Positions 9,385 through 19,983 are shown, counted from the stretch's first letter. The stretch is DNA of 52,089 bases from Anaerovoracaceae bacterium (GCA_036660615.1 JAVXAG010000001.1:1-52089), one strand, 5' to 3'. The notes: a model not told the origin generated them from the sequence alone. A program made the numbers and translations.

Positions 9385-9618
9385 ATGAAAACAGCTTTAA
9401 TGGTTTTATTAGCAGTCGCTAGTATAGTACTAATTGCTAGTATTCTTTTACAATCAGGAAATAGTGCTGGATTATCAGGATCAATTGCTGGTGGAGCCGA
9501 ACAATTATTCGGTAAAAAGAAGAGTAAAGGTTACGAAGCTATATTGGGCAAAATTACTGCAATTGCTGCAGTGTTATTTATTGCACTCTCATTAGCAATC
9601 GTTACTTTATATAATTAG
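9385..9618 (+). CDS. secG: Preprotein translocase subunit SecG
   Basis: 77 aa with two TM helices and the typical LLQSG...GLSGSIAGG glycine-rich loop. RBS is GAGGAGG. Confidence 0.85.
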   Translation: MKTALMVLLAVASIVLIASILLQSGNSAGLSGSIAGGAEQLFGKKKSKGYEAILGKITAIAAVLFIALSLAIVTLYN

Positions 9619-9648
9619 TTATAATAATATTTTTAATATTTCGCTTTT

Positions 9649-9678
9649 ATTAAGAGGTGCTTTATAGTGCCTCTTAAT
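9649..9678 (+). terminator. Stem-loop between secG and hppA, a possible weak terminator or attenuator
   Basis: ATTAAGAGGTGC-TTTATA-GTGCCTCTTAAT forms a 12-bp stem including two G-U pairs. No clear U-tract follows. Confidence 0.3.
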
Positions 9679-9707
9679 GTAATTACAAAGTGAAGAGGAG
9701 GTATCAT

Positions 9708-11726
9708 ATGTTTGAATGGATTGCTCCTGTTGCAGCTGTCATTGCGCTTATTGTAGCGTTCTGCTTATCCTCATGGATAAGTAAAGCTGAAGAAGGAACA
9801 GACAGAATGAAGGAAATCGCAGGTTACATCAGAGAAGGTGCAATGGCATTCCTAAGAAGAGAATATAAGACAATGGCAATTGTTATCGTTGTATTATTCT
9901 TATTAATCGGTTTTGGACTACAAAACTGGACAACCGCAATACTTTATGTAGTCGGTGCTTTATTATCAGTACTAGCTGGATACTTTGGAATGCAAGTTGC
10001 TACCAAAGGTAATGTTAGAACAGCAAACGCAGCATTATCATCTGGAATGCCAAAAGCATTAAAGATCGCATTTAGAAGTGGTGCAGTTATGGGACTTTGC
10101 GTTGCAGGTTTAGGTCTTTTGGGACTTGGAGTTGTATTCTGCTTCCTTGACCTTGCAAGCTTCGTTGAATGTATTACTGGTTTTGGACTAGGTGCATCAT
10201 CAATGGCATTGTTCGGAAGAGTTGGTGGTGGTATCTATACTAAAGCAGCAGACGTTGGTGCTGACCTTGTAGGTAAAGTCGAAGCTGGAATTCCAGAAGA
10301 TGACCCAAGAAACCCTGCAGTAATCGCTGACAATGTTGGAGATAACGTTGGAGACGTTGCTGGAATGGGATCAGACTTATTTGAGTCATATGTTGGTTCA
10401 ATTATTTCTGCTATTATTCTTGCTTCAGTTGCAGTAGCTAACGCTCCTGAAATGTCAACTTTCTCAGAAACAACAGCAGCTTTATTCCCATTAATTCTAT
10501 CTGCAATAGGTCTTGTTGCATCAGTAGTTGGAATCTTATTTGTTAGAGGAAATGAAAACGTTAATCCAGCAAAAGCATTAAATATGGGAACATATATCGC
10601 TGGAGCTATTGTAATCGTTGCATCATTCTTCTTGAGTAAGTCTATGCTAGGTGATTACACTTATGCAGCAGCTATTATTGCTGGACTAATTGTAGGTGTC
10701 GTTATTGGTAAAATCACAGAAGTTTATACTTCTGGAGATTATAAATCAGTTCAGAGAATTGCAGAACAATCACAAACAGGTGCCGCAACTACTATAATCA
10801 GTGGTTTAGGCGTTGGTATGATGTCAACATTATGGCCTGTAATGTGTATTGCAGTTGGAACATATGTTGCTTATCAATTTGCAGGTTTATACGGAATTGC
10901 TCTTGCAGCAGTAGGTATGCTTTCAACAACAGCTATTACAGTTGCAGTTGATGCTTATGGTCCTGTTGCTGACAACGCTGGTGGTATCGCAGAAATGTCA
11001 GACCTTCCAGAAGAAGTTAGAGAAATTACTGACAAACTTGACTCTGTAGGTAACACTACAGCAGCTATTGGTAAAGGTTTCGCTATTGGATCAGCAGCTT
11101 TAACAGCTCTTGCATTATTTGCATCATATGCTACAGTAACTGGTTTAACAACAGTAAGCTTACTTGAGCCAATCGTAATTATTGGATTATTTATCGGAGC
11201 TATGCTTCCTTTCTTATTCTCAGCATTAACTATGAATTCAGTAGGTAAAGCTGCTAATGAAATGATCGAAGAAGTTAGAAGACAGTTCAGAGAAGATAAA
11301 GGCATTATGGCTGGAACAACAAAGCCAGACTATGCAAAATGCGTTGATATTTCAACAGCAGCTGCATTAAAAGAAATGATTATTCCTGGATTACTTGCAA
11401 TTATTGCACCTATCGCAATGGGTATCATTCTTGGAACTGAAGCTTTAGGCGGAATGCTAGCTGGATCTCTATCATCAGGTGTTGTAATGGCTATCATGAT
11501 GGCTAATGCCGGTGGTGCTTGGGATAACGCAAAGAAATACATTGAAGAAGGTCACTATGGTGGCAAAGGTTCAGATCCTCATAAGGCAGCAGTTGTAGGA
11601 GATACAGTTGGTGACCCATTCAAGGATACATCTGGCCCTTCAATCAACATCTTAATCAAGTTAATGACAATCGTAGCAGTAGTATTTGCTCCATTGTTTG
11701 TACAGATTGGTGGACTTCTAGGATAA
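9708..11726 (+). CDS. hppA: Membrane-integral H+/Na+-translocating pyrophosphatase
   Basis: Polytopic protein with [29 protein letters not shown] and [14 protein letters not shown] motifs. The start was moved from GTG 9690 to ATG 9708, 7 nt after GAGGAGG. Confidence 0.95.
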   Translation: MFEWIAPVAAVIALIVAFCLSSWISKAEEGTDRMKEIAGYIREGAMAFLRREYKTMAIVIVVLFLLIGFGLQNWTTAILYVVGALLSVLAGYFGMQVATKGNVRTANAALSSGMPKALKIAFRSGAVMGLCVAGLGLLGLGVVFCFLDLASFVECITGFGLGASSMALFGRVGGGIYTKAADVGADLVGKVEAGIPEDDPRNPAVIADNVGDNVGDVAGMGSDLFESYVGSIISAIILASVAVANAPEMSTFSETTAALFPLILSAIGLVASVVGILFVRGNENVNPAKALNMGTYIAGAIVIVASFFLSKSMLGDYTYAAAIIAGLIVGVVIGKITEVYTSGDYKSVQRIAEQSQTGAATTIISGLGVGMMSTLWPVMCIAVGTYVAYQFAGLYGIALAAVGMLSTTAITVAVDAYGPVADNAGGIAEMSDLPEEVREITDKLDSVGNTTAAIGKGFAIGSAALTALALFASYATVTGLTTVSLLEPIVIIGLFIGAMLPFLFSALTMNSVGKAANEMIEEVRRQFREDKGIMAGTTKPDYAKCVDISTAAALKEMIIPGLLAIIAPIAMGIILGTEALGGMLAGSLSSGVVMAIMMANAGGAWDNAKKYIEEGHYGGKGSDPHKAAVVGDTVGDPFKDTSGPSINILIKLMTIVAVVFAPLFVQIGGLLG

Positions 11727-11765
11727 TAACTATCCGTTAGAAAACTTAATTTTAGATTATAATTT

Positions 11766-11792
11766 AGACTTCGCTTCGGCGGAGTCTTTTTT
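11766..11792 (+). terminator. Intrinsic terminator of hppA
   Basis: AGACTTCGC-TTCG-GCGGAGTCT hairpin (one G-U pair) followed by TTTTTT. Confidence 0.75.
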
Positions 11793-11841
11793 ATATATCA
11801 AAAGAAAACTATAATGGGGGATAGACCTCAAAAAAAGGAAT

Positions 11842-11894
11842 AAAAAAATCGAGAACTCATGAAAATCATTTAATTTTCAGAGGTCTCGATTTTT
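11842..11894 (-). terminator. Intrinsic terminator downstream of crt (could act in both directions)
   Basis: ATCGAGAACTC (11848..11858) pairs with GAGGTCTCGAT (11880..11890) with one mismatch. It is flanked by an A-run and a T-run, but the loop is long (21 nt). Confidence 0.5.
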
Positions 11895-11920
11895 ATTTTT
11901 TACAAATATGTAGTTGTGAT

Positions 11921-12697
11921 TTATTTATTCTTGAATACAGCTGGTCTTTTCTCTAAGAAAGCTGCCATTCCTTCTGCTTTGTCGTCTGAACCGAAAGCAG
12001 CAGTGAAAGTTTCGATTTCAAATTTGCTTGCGGACTTCATATCCATGTCATAGCCATTGTTTATAGCTGACTTTGCAGTAGCAATAGCGATAGGAGCCTT
12101 AGAAATGATTGTTTTAGCGACTTTTTCAGCTGCTTCCAACAATTCCTCAGGAGCAACTACTTTCTCGACTAGGCCGATTCTGTAAGCTTCTGCAGCAGGG
12201 ACTACTTCAGCAGTCAAAATTAAGTATTTTGCCATGCCTTTGCCAACAAGTCTTGCAAGTCTTTGAGTACCTCCAAAACCAGGAATAATTCCTAGACCAA
12301 CTTCAGGCTGACCAAATTTTGCTTTTTCTGATGCGATACGAATGTCACAAGCAAGTGATAGTTCGCAACCACCACCTAAAGCAAAACCGTTTACAGCAGC
12401 GATTACTGGTTTTTCTATAGCTTCGATTAAATTCATAACTTTGTGACCTGAAATCATCATGTTACGACCTTCTAAAGCATTCAATTTGCTCATCTCAGCA
12501 ATGTCTGCTCCAGCAACAAAGGCTTTGCCTTCGCCAGTTAAAATAACTACTCTTACTTGATCGTCTTTTTCAATTGCTGTAAAGACATCAAATAGTTCTG
12601 ATAGAACCTCCACGTTAAGAGCGTTCATAGCTTGTGGTCTGTTAATAGTAACATACCCGATTTGTTCTTTGGTTTCAAATTTAATATTGTTGTACAT
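11921..12697 (-). CDS. crt: Short-chain enoyl-CoA hydratase (crotonase family)
   Basis: 258 aa with VAAVNGFALGGGCELSLACDIRIAS and the FGQPEVGLGIIPGFGGTQRL crotonase-fold motifs. Confidence 0.88.
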   Translation of the reverse strand: MYNNIKFETKEQIGYVTINRPQAMNALNVEVLSELFDVFTAIEKDDQVRVVILTGEGKAFVAGADIAEMSKLNALEGRNMMISGHKVMNLIEAIEKPVIAAVNGFALGGGCELSLACDIRIASEKAKFGQPEVGLGIIPGFGGTQRLARLVGKGMAKYLILTAEVVPAAEAYRIGLVEKVVAPEELLEAAEKVAKTIISKAPIAIATAKSAINNGYDMDMKSASKFEIETFTAAFGSDDKAEGMAAFLEKRPAVFKNK

Positions 12698-12751
12698 AGT
12701 AATTTGTCCTTTCTGTAGTTGAAATAATCATATTGTTAATATTGTAACATA

Positions 12752-13384
12752 CTACATTTGCTTTTTCAAACTTTCTAGGGCTTTTTTTACTGGTGGAACC
12801 ATAAGAATTATTACTGTGATAATTCCTTCAGTACCTAAGTAGATCAAATTGTACCATAATGACCAAGTAATTGCATTAAAACCTTCGCCAGCATATGAGC
12901 CGAAGAATACGATTCCTGAAAATACTGCGCACAGATATCTACAGAAAACACCAAAGGCATAGCCTTTAACCAATCCATTTTTTTGGTTTCTGAAAACACC
13001 CGATAAACCCATTGCTCCGAAAGCAAGAGGGTAGTCAACTAGTAGTTGGACTGGATGAATTACATAAGGCCCAAAGATTAAGTTAAGTAAACCTAAGCAA
13101 ATTCCTGCCATTACAGCTTTTCTGGTGCCTAGAAGGTAACCACAAAGCATAATTGGTAGCATACTTAATGCAGTAATAGAACCGCCATAAGGCATATCAA
13201 ATAGTTTGATTAAGCCTAGACCTACGGATAAAGCAATCATCAAAGCAGATATTGTCAAAGCCTTGACATCTGGTTTTTTGTTTTTCTCCGGTATTAGGAT
13301 AAGTATAAAGAAAATAACGATAATGCCAATTGTAATAATTTGGCCAGTTGTGGATTCAAAGAACCCCTGTAAGTTTTCGAACAT
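12752..13384 (-). CDS. thiT: Thiamine transporter, ECF-type S component ThiT/YuaJ-like
   Basis: 210-aa six-helix membrane protein directly behind a TPP riboswitch. Contains the LLVDYPLAFGA motif typical of the YuaJ/ThiT family. Confidence 0.75.
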   Translation of the reverse strand: MFENLQGFFESTTGQIITIGIIVIFFILILIPEKNKKPDVKALTISALMIALSVGLGLIKLFDMPYGGSITALSMLPIMLCGYLLGTRKAVMAGICLGLLNLIFGPYVIHPVQLLVDYPLAFGAMGLSGVFRNQKNGLVKGYAFGVFCRYLCAVFSGIVFFGSYAGEGFNAITWSLWYNLIYLGTEGIITVIILMVPPVKKALESLKKQM

Positions 13385-13548
13385 AAAAAAATCCTCCTTA
13401 TTATTTAGGAGGGGAACTACTTGTAATTATTCACACTAAAAAAATATAAATAATCGCTTCCCTACGTCGGTATTAACCGAATCAGGTTATGAGGGTTTAA
13501 TTTCGCATTATTCACGAAATAAGTCTCAGCATGGGCTCCCCTAGCTCG
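13385..13548 (-). promoter_or_regulatory. TPP (THI-box) riboswitch with an RBS-sequestering, terminator-like expression platform
   Basis: The minus strand reads CUAGGGGAGCCCAUGCUGAGA...AAACCCUCAUAACCUGAUUCGGUUAAUACCGACGUAGGGAAGCG, which carries the conserved CUGAGA, ACCUGAU and UAAUACC..CGUAGGGAA elements. Downstream, CCUCCU pairs with the SD AGGAGG (13393..13412) and is followed by U7 and the AUG. Confidence 0.92.
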
Positions 13549-13568
13549 ATAAAATAATAGTACTATTT

Positions 13569-14204
13569 TTAACACTTGTCAACATCTTTCGAGAAGATAA
13601 TTAAAACTTTGCCATTTTCCACCTTAATTCTAGCTTCATTTTCGATAATTTCGTTGCTAATACCAAGAGTCATTGAATTAGTCAAAGTTGCGTTAGTAAG
13701 AGGATATTGTACACCACGAATATATACACCAGTTGATTTTTCACTAAAACTTATCAATGATAAAAACTTATAGCTGTTTTTTTTAACAGTAATTGTAGTA
13801 TTTTCTATTAAAAACATATAATTTTGAGAATCCATTATTGAGATATTACAGTGTCTTTTAGAATACTTATCTAGTAGCGCAATATTTCCAAGAGTGTGAT
13901 CAATTCTTCCGCCAAGTCCACCTAAAATAGTTATATCTCGGAAACCCATTTCGATGGCTTTTCCAATGGCAGCATCAGTATCAGTCAAATCTTTTTCTTT
14001 TGGCAGGCTTACAATAAATGCATCTGTAATAGAAGGGCGCTTTGAGGAATCAAAGTCACCGATAATCAGATTTGGCATTATATTCAGTGCCTCTGCAACG
14101 TATTGCCCACCATCAGCGCAAATAATATAATCAAAATAACTCTTGTCAAAAAAATTTGAGTTCTTTTTTTCTAGGTACGACGTAATAATTAAACATTTAG
14201 ACAT
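13569..14204 (-). CDS. thiN: Thiamine diphosphokinase
   Basis: Motifs IICADGG and IIGDFDS, plus GGLGGRIDH. The start was moved to the internal ATG (MSKCLIITSY...), because the 17-codon upstream extension has no homology logic. Confidence 0.88.
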   Translation of the reverse strand: MSKCLIITSYLEKKNSNFFDKSYFDYIICADGGQYVAEALNIMPNLIIGDFDSSKRPSITDAFIVSLPKEKDLTDTDAAIGKAIEMGFRDITILGGLGGRIDHTLGNIALLDKYSKRHCNISIMDSQNYMFLIENTTITVKKNSYKFLSLISFSEKSTGVYIRGVQYPLTNATLTNSMTLGISNEIIENEARIKVENGKVLIIFSKDVDKC

Positions 14205-14294
14205 AATTTTCACCAATATTCTTTCATTTGCAAATCTATCAAAAGTATTATACAATAAAACCTAAGAAAAGAAAATAAGAGAAGGAGATTAATA

Positions 14295-15056
14295 ATGAAT
14301 AACATTATCGTAAGAGAAAGTGCATCTGAGTTAAGGTCCATAGCAAGAACTGCACTAAGTGCTAATTGGGGGAAAGTTACATTAGGATATGTAATCTATT
14401 ATTTATTGTCAACGGTAGTATCGGACATCTTGGGAATGATTTTCAATTCGGATTCCTTTACAATGGCATTACCGTATTTTGATAACGCAAGCACGATCTC
14501 TATAGTAAGTAATCTATATGACATCGTAGTAGCTGGAGCATTATCCTTTGGGCTGATCAGTTTCTTCATAAGCTTTTTTAGAAGAAAAGATATTAATCCA
14601 ACGAAGATATTCGATGGATTCGAGGTATTTTTAAAAGCATTGGGATTATCCCTTATGATGGGATTACTGATTTTACTTTGGTCACTATTATTTATTATTC
14701 CGGGGATTATAGCATGGTATAGGTACAGCCAATCATTTTACATAATGCTAGACAATCCAGACATGGGAATTATGGATTGTATTAATGAGAGTAAAAGACT
14801 TATGAATAATAATAAGGGAAGACTCTTTTATTTGAGTATAACCTTTATCGGATGGAATATTTTAGCTATAATACCAGGCATGTTTTTACTGTCAATGCAT
14901 GGGATTCTTGGATATGGGCTTAGTTTAGTTGCATCTATTCCAACATTCTTTGTTGCTGTATATTTGATTACTGCACAAACTGCTTTTTATGAGTTGGTTT
15001 CAGGTCATTTGATTGCAGAGCCTAGAACTAGTGACGAAGGATACGAACAGTATTAA
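14295..15056 (+). CDS. DUF975-family integral membrane protein
   Basis: The typical N-terminus is present (SELRSIARTALSANWGKVTLGYVIYYLL), with four to five TM helices in 253 aa. Confidence 0.75.
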   Translation: MNNIIVRESASELRSIARTALSANWGKVTLGYVIYYLLSTVVSDILGMIFNSDSFTMALPYFDNASTISIVSNLYDIVVAGALSFGLISFFISFFRRKDINPTKIFDGFEVFLKALGLSLMMGLLILLWSLLFIIPGIIAWYRYSQSFYIMLDNPDMGIMDCINESKRLMNNNKGRLFYLSITFIGWNILAIIPGMFLLSMHGILGYGLSLVASIPTFFVAVYLITAQTAFYELVSGHLIAEPRTSDEGYEQY

Positions 15057-15080
15057 AAAATGTAATAGATAAATATAATG

Positions 15081-15124
15081 ACGAGGGAACAAGTAAAACA
15101 AAAATACTGTTCTCTCGTTTTTTG
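15081..15124 (+). terminator. Intrinsic terminator after the DUF975 gene
   Basis: ACGAGGGAACA pairs with TGTTCTCTCGT (one G-U pair) across a 16-nt loop, followed by TTTTTT. Confidence 0.65.
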
Positions 15125-15184
15125 TAACAGTTGACAAGAGTAATGGCATATTATAAGTATACTTTTTAGATTGGAGGAATTACC

Positions 15185-16294
15185 TTGTCGATAGAACGTC
15201 ACTATTTCCCGGGGAACAACACGCCCGAGGGATTTTTTTCATACTATAGCTACATTCTTGCCCAAAGAGAAGCTAATAAAATTATATGCATAAAAGGGGG
15301 ACCCGGAACAGGAAAATCCACTTTTATGAAAACAATTGGGGAGAAACTAGCTGAAAAGAATGAAGATGTTGATTTTCTTCATTGTTCTGCTGATGAAAAT
15401 TCCATTGATGGCATAGTCTTGAAAAGCAAGAGTATTGCTATTATTGACGGAACTAGTCCACATATTACAGATCCAGTAACTCCAGGTGCAGTGGACAGCA
15501 TTATAAACTTTGGCGAATACTGGGACGAAAGAAAAATATTTGACAGTAAAGATGAGATTATTAATCTTAACGAAGAATGCTCAAAATGGTATAGGGTGGC
15601 ATACAACTACCTTGCTTCTGCAAAATGTCTGTATAACAATCTGGAAAAGCTATATGATGATGCAATGGAAATATCTGAAATATATAAGTTGTCAGCAGAC
15701 ATAATAGGAAAAGAATATAAGAATCTTGATATTTCAATAAAACCAGGCAATATGAAAAAGTTTTTTGCCAGTGCAATTACATCAAATGGTAGTGTTAATT
15801 ACATTAAAACTCTTTTACAGAATATGAAAAAGGTTTACTTAATCAATTCACCAGTAGGATACAGCAATAGAAGTTTTATGAGTATTGTTGCGGAAGGGGC
15901 AATTTATAGAGGCTTTGATATTGAAGCTTTCTATTGTCCTATGTGTCCAGCTGACAAGATTGAACATATTATAATTCCAGAGTTACAAATTGCTTTTACA
16001 ACAGTAAATAAATGGCATGATATAGAGCCTTGGGAGATATTCTATGTAGAAGAAGAAACAGACCAGAACATTATATTAATTGACTTAAATGACTATACTA
16101 ATAATTATTTTATGGAGAAAAATAGTGGTATAATTGGAAAATCAACAGCACATATGGATTTGTTAATTGAACAAGGAATAAAGTGCCTAGGTAGAGCCAA
16201 AGAAAATCACGATTTAGTGGAAAAAATGTACATTAGAAATATGGACTTTACAAAGATTACTCAGCTAGTTGATGAAACAATAGAAAAATTATAA
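15185..16294 (+). CDS. Uncharacterised P-loop NTPase (369 aa)
   Basis: TTG start 7 nt after GGAGG. Walker A is GGPGTGKST, and a Walker-B-like IAIIDGTSPH is present. I cannot assign a function. Confidence 0.7.
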   Translation: MSIERHYFPGNNTPEGFFSYYSYILAQREANKIICIKGGPGTGKSTFMKTIGEKLAEKNEDVDFLHCSADENSIDGIVLKSKSIAIIDGTSPHITDPVTPGAVDSIINFGEYWDERKIFDSKDEIINLNEECSKWYRVAYNYLASAKCLYNNLEKLYDDAMEISEIYKLSADIIGKEYKNLDISIKPGNMKKFFASAITSNGSVNYIKTLLQNMKKVYLINSPVGYSNRSFMSIVAEGAIYRGFDIEAFYCPMCPADKIEHIIIPELQIAFTTVNKWHDIEPWEIFYVEEETDQNIILIDLNDYTNNYFMEKNSGIIGKSTAHMDLLIEQGIKCLGRAKENHDLVEKMYIRNMDFTKITQLVDETIEKL

Positions 16295-16303
16295 AAAACA
16301 AAT

Positions 16304-16349
16304 CAAAACCACCACGATAAATAAAAATCATGGTGGTTTGTTTGTTGTT
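16304..16349. terminator. Bidirectional intrinsic terminator between convergent genes
   Basis: CAAAACCACCACGAT-loop-ATCATGGTGGTTTG strong hairpin, T-rich on both flanks. Confidence 0.75.
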
Positions 16350-16358
16350 AGCTTATTA

Positions 16359-17261
16359 TTAAACTTCAGATGAAATTATTTCTATTACTTTTTTAATATC
16401 ATCTGGAATAGGGGCAGTTGCAGTTATGATTTTGCCTGTGACTGGGTGATTAAAGGTTAGGGAACAGGCATGTAGCGCTTGGCGCTGGATTAGCCAAGGG
16501 TTTGAGCCTCCATATAGATGATCGCCGACGATAGGATAACCTATGTGGGAAAGATGAACTCTAATTTGATGAGTTCTGCCGGTAGCTAACAATAACTCGA
16601 CCAAGGTAAACCCTTTAGAAAATCTTTGAAGAACCTTTACATGGGTAACCGAAGGGTATCCGCCAGTTTCCATTACTCCACGTTCCACCTTGTCTATATC
16701 TGGTCTGCCAATAGGAAGGTCAATAGTGAATTCATCTTCGCTAATTATTCCTTTGACTATGGCAATATACCTCTTTTCAATATCCTTTGTTTTCATTTGT
16801 TTTGTCAATTCGTCCTGTGCGTGGGAGTTCTTGCCAATGACTAGAATGCCGGAAGTATCCATATCAAGACGGTTGATAAACCTAATTTTAAAAGTCTGGT
16901 TAGTATCTTCCATATATTTCATTAAGCCGTTAGCAATAGTATGTAGGGGATGTCCACTAGTTGGATGAACAATTATTCCAGGCTGCTTATTAATAATTAA
17001 TAAGTCATTATCTTCATAAACCGGCGAGATTGGAATGTTTTCCGGTTGAAAATTGCTAGATTCGTCAGGTAAAACAACAGAAATAACATCGCCGACCTCT
17101 GGAGTTATCCACCCAGCAGTCGGCTGTCCATTTAACATTATTAGATTCTTTTGCCTTAATTTTGACATTAACCTTGAAGAAAATGTGAAATTGTTGCGAA
17201 TGAGAACCTTTACTGACAACTTCTTGTCAGATTCTTTTACTGTATACTCAAAATTTGCCAT
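16359..17261 (-). CDS. rluD: RluA-family 23S rRNA pseudouridine synthase (RluD-like) with an N-terminal S4 domain
   Basis: Motifs NRLDMDTSGILV and GRTHQIRVHLS. Confidence 0.9.
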   Translation of the reverse strand: MANFEYTVKESDKKLSVKVLIRNNFTFSSRLMSKLRQKNLIMLNGQPTAGWITPEVGDVISVVLPDESSNFQPENIPISPVYEDNDLLIINKQPGIIVHPTSGHPLHTIANGLMKYMEDTNQTFKIRFINRLDMDTSGILVIGKNSHAQDELTKQMKTKDIEKRYIAIVKGIISEDEFTIDLPIGRPDIDKVERGVMETGGYPSVTHVKVLQRFSKGFTLVELLLATGRTHQIRVHLSHIGYPIVGDHLYGGSNPWLIQRQALHACSLTFNHPVTGKIITATAPIPDDIKKVIEIISSEV

Positions 17262-17268
17262 ATTACCT

Positions 17269-18072
17269 CTACAAGAACTTACATTTTACTTTTGTCCAAA
17301 AATCATAGTTAACAAAACGCATTAAGTTAACCGTTATTTCAGAAAAGCAAATTTCAATAGATTCAACGTTTTCATATTCAAAAGACACACCATCAGCAAC
17401 GAGAAGTAGGGTATTGCAATCCTTTTGCATATCTGGAACTATGCCAAGAGATAAGTCCGAAGGTAGCAAGATGCTTGACGTAAATGAACGGTATGCAGTA
17501 GTATTCATTGGTGCAATTGGAGTGACTTGCAAGATATTTAACCTTGGGTCAACAATACTGCCACCAAGAGAATAGTTATATGCAGTACTACCGGCTGGCG
17601 TTGCAATCAAAAGACCATCTCCACTAAACCGTTCGATAAAACTTCCGCCTATGGAAATATTCAAGTGGATAGAGTATGTAGAATGTCCCTTTATTGCGAC
17701 TTCATTTAGACCAATGTGTTCAAAAGTTTTGCCATCGGACTTTATTACAGTTTTTACTGTTGATAAAGGTTGCAAAGTGTAGTTACCCTGAGTATAGTTA
17801 AAAATAAAATCATCTAATTGACTAGGAAGAATCTCTTGGAAAAATCCTAGATGACCAGTATTTATGCCTATAATAGGGATATTTGGAAAGTTGAACTTGT
17901 GAATTGCTTCAAGAAAAGTACCATCTCCGCCAATGCAAACTAGCAACTCCGCATCGTCATTAAATTTTGTATTAACGACGAAACCGGAATTGTCTAATTT
18001 TTGTCTCAGTTTTTTTTCAGTTTTCTTAGATGCCAAACTTTCATTGGCATAAATATATATTTGTTTATTCAT
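17269..18072 (-). CDS. nadK: NAD+ kinase
   Basis: GGDGTFL motif, NEV..., and ATPAGSTAYNYSLGG. Confidence 0.92.
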   Translation of the reverse strand: MNKQIYIYANESLASKKTEKKLRQKLDNSGFVVNTKFNDDAELLVCIGGDGTFLEAIHKFNFPNIPIIGINTGHLGFFQEILPSQLDDFIFNYTQGNYTLQPLSTVKTVIKSDGKTFEHIGLNEVAIKGHSTYSIHLNISIGGSFIERFSGDGLLIATPAGSTAYNYSLGGSIVDPRLNILQVTPIAPMNTTAYRSFTSSILLPSDLSLGIVPDMQKDCNTLLLVADGVSFEYENVESIEICFSEITVNLMRFVNYDFWTKVKCKFL

Positions 18073-18081
18073 AACACCATT

Positions 18082-19893
18082 TTACAATAATTCTTCGAAT
18101 TCTTCAACTAAGTTCTTAAATGTTTCCATTGCCATAATAATTGGTTCAGGCTTGCTCATATCTACACCTGCAATTTTCAGTAATTCCACAGGGAAATCAC
18201 TATCACCGGTTTTTAGAAATTCTTTGTAGGCATCTCTTGCCTTATCGCCCTCAGTCAATATCTTCTTGGAAATTGCTGTGGCAGCTGAATAACCAGTTGC
18301 ATATTGATATACATAGAATGATCTATAAAAATGTGGAATCCTTGACCATTCATACTTGATGTATTCGTCATCAGCTAAAGCGTCGCCAAAATACAATTTG
18401 TTCAACTTATCATATTGCTCACACATCCATTCAGCAGTTAAAGATAATCCGTTTTCAACAGCTTCGTGGGTAATCATTTCAAATTCAGCGAACATAGTCT
18501 GTCTAAATAGGGTGGTGCGGAATTCTTCGATATATAGGTTGAGAATATATTTTCTCTTATTCAAATCTTCTTCTTTATTCAAAAGATATTGCATTAACAA
18601 AGACTCATTTACGGTAGAAGCAACTTCAGCTGTAAAAATTGAATGACTTCCATAGGTAAACGGTTGATTTTCTCTAGTATAGCTAGAATGCATGGAGTGA
18701 CCCATTTCGTGAACTACTGTGAACACATCTTTTAAAGTATCTGTGTAGTTTAGCAAAATATATGGCATGCTGTCATAAGAACCAAAGCTATAAGCACCAC
18801 TAGTTTTGCCTTCGTTTTCGTAAACGTCAATCCATCCAGCTTCTACACCTTTTGAAAGTCTGTCTATATATTCTTCTCCAAGAGGAGCTAGACCTGCTTT
18901 CATCATTTCTATGGCTTCCTCATAAGAAACTATTTCTTTTGGAACTTCTACAAGAGGAACATAAATGTCGTACATCTTCAATTCATCAACGCCTAAAACT
19001 TTTTTTCTAAGTGCAGTGTATTTGTGAAGGGTTGGTAGATAGTCGTGGACAACCTTTATTAAATTATCATAAACTTCCAGAGGAATGTTTCCACCAGAAA
19101 GAGCAGCTTGTCTAGCTGAGTCGTAATGTCTTATCCTTGCAGAAATAACATCATTTTTAGTGTTATAGCTGTAAGTTGTAGAGATTGTATTGATTAAATT
19201 CTTGTAAGCCTGGTACATATTAGTGAAAGCAGCCTGTCTAACACTTCTATCGTGAGATTCCATAAAGTTTATATAATTTCCATGAGTAAGCTGAACTTGT
19301 TGGCCATCTTCATCAATTATAAAACCAAAAGTCATATCAGCATTGTTAAGCATTGTAAAGATATCATTGGTTGCTCCAGTAACTTCACTAAGCTGAGCCA
19401 TTATATTTTCTTCATTAGCAGAAAGTACATGCTTTTTTTCTCTAAGAATGTCATTAATTACGAATTCATATTGCTTTAATTTTGGTTCATTCTCTATAAA
19501 ACCTAAAAGTTTTTCATCAGATGAACCTAGCAATTCAGGTGTAAAGAAGGACATCTCAGAAGATACTTTAGCAATTATTGTATTGCATTTATCTGACATA
19601 CCTTGGTATTTTGTGGATTTATTGTCTTCATCAAGCTTCATTCGAGAATAAACAAAGACCTTTTCTAACTTTTGCCAAATCTTATCTTTTTCGTCTAATG
19701 CATTAAAAAGACTAGTGCTATTTTCAGTCAATCGTCCCTGAAACTGTTTGAATTCCTCAGTTCTTTTCAAAACCTCTTCAATATCTTTGTCCCATTGATC
19801 CTCATTTGGATACATTGCTTCAATGTTCCATTTGTATTTCTTTTCCATTTCATTTCTTTTTTTTAATTTTTTCATACCCTTTTTTGCCTCCAT
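18082..19893 (-). CDS. pepF: Oligoendopeptidase F (M3B metallopeptidase)
   Basis: HEMGHSMH zinc motif and the KYKWNIEAMY N-terminus typical of PepF. The true start may be one of the ATGs 18 or 45 nt downstream. Confidence 0.92.
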   Translation of the reverse strand: MEAKKGMKKLKKRNEMEKKYKWNIEAMYPNEDQWDKDIEEVLKRTEEFKQFQGRLTENSTSLFNALDEKDKIWQKLEKVFVYSRMKLDEDNKSTKYQGMSDKCNTIIAKVSSEMSFFTPELLGSSDEKLLGFIENEPKLKQYEFVINDILREKKHVLSANEENIMAQLSEVTGATNDIFTMLNNADMTFGFIIDEDGQQVQLTHGNYINFMESHDRSVRQAAFTNMYQAYKNLINTISTTYSYNTKNDVISARIRHYDSARQAALSGGNIPLEVYDNLIKVVHDYLPTLHKYTALRKKVLGVDELKMYDIYVPLVEVPKEIVSYEEAIEMMKAGLAPLGEEYIDRLSKGVEAGWIDVYENEGKTSGAYSFGSYDSMPYILLNYTDTLKDVFTVVHEMGHSMHSSYTRENQPFTYGSHSIFTAEVASTVNESLLMQYLLNKEEDLNKRKYILNLYIEEFRTTLFRQTMFAEFEMITHEAVENGLSLTAEWMCEQYDKLNKLYFGDALADDEYIKYEWSRIPHFYRSFYVYQYATGYSAATAISKKILTEGDKARDAYKEFLKTGDSDFPVELLKIAGVDMSKPEPIIMAMETFKNLVEEFEELL

Positions 19894-19983
19894 ATAGAAA
19901 ATTCATTTTAATTGTAGTATAATAGTTAATCTAACAGAATAACTAATAGAATTATACCACAAAATTGAAAGGAATATTACTAA

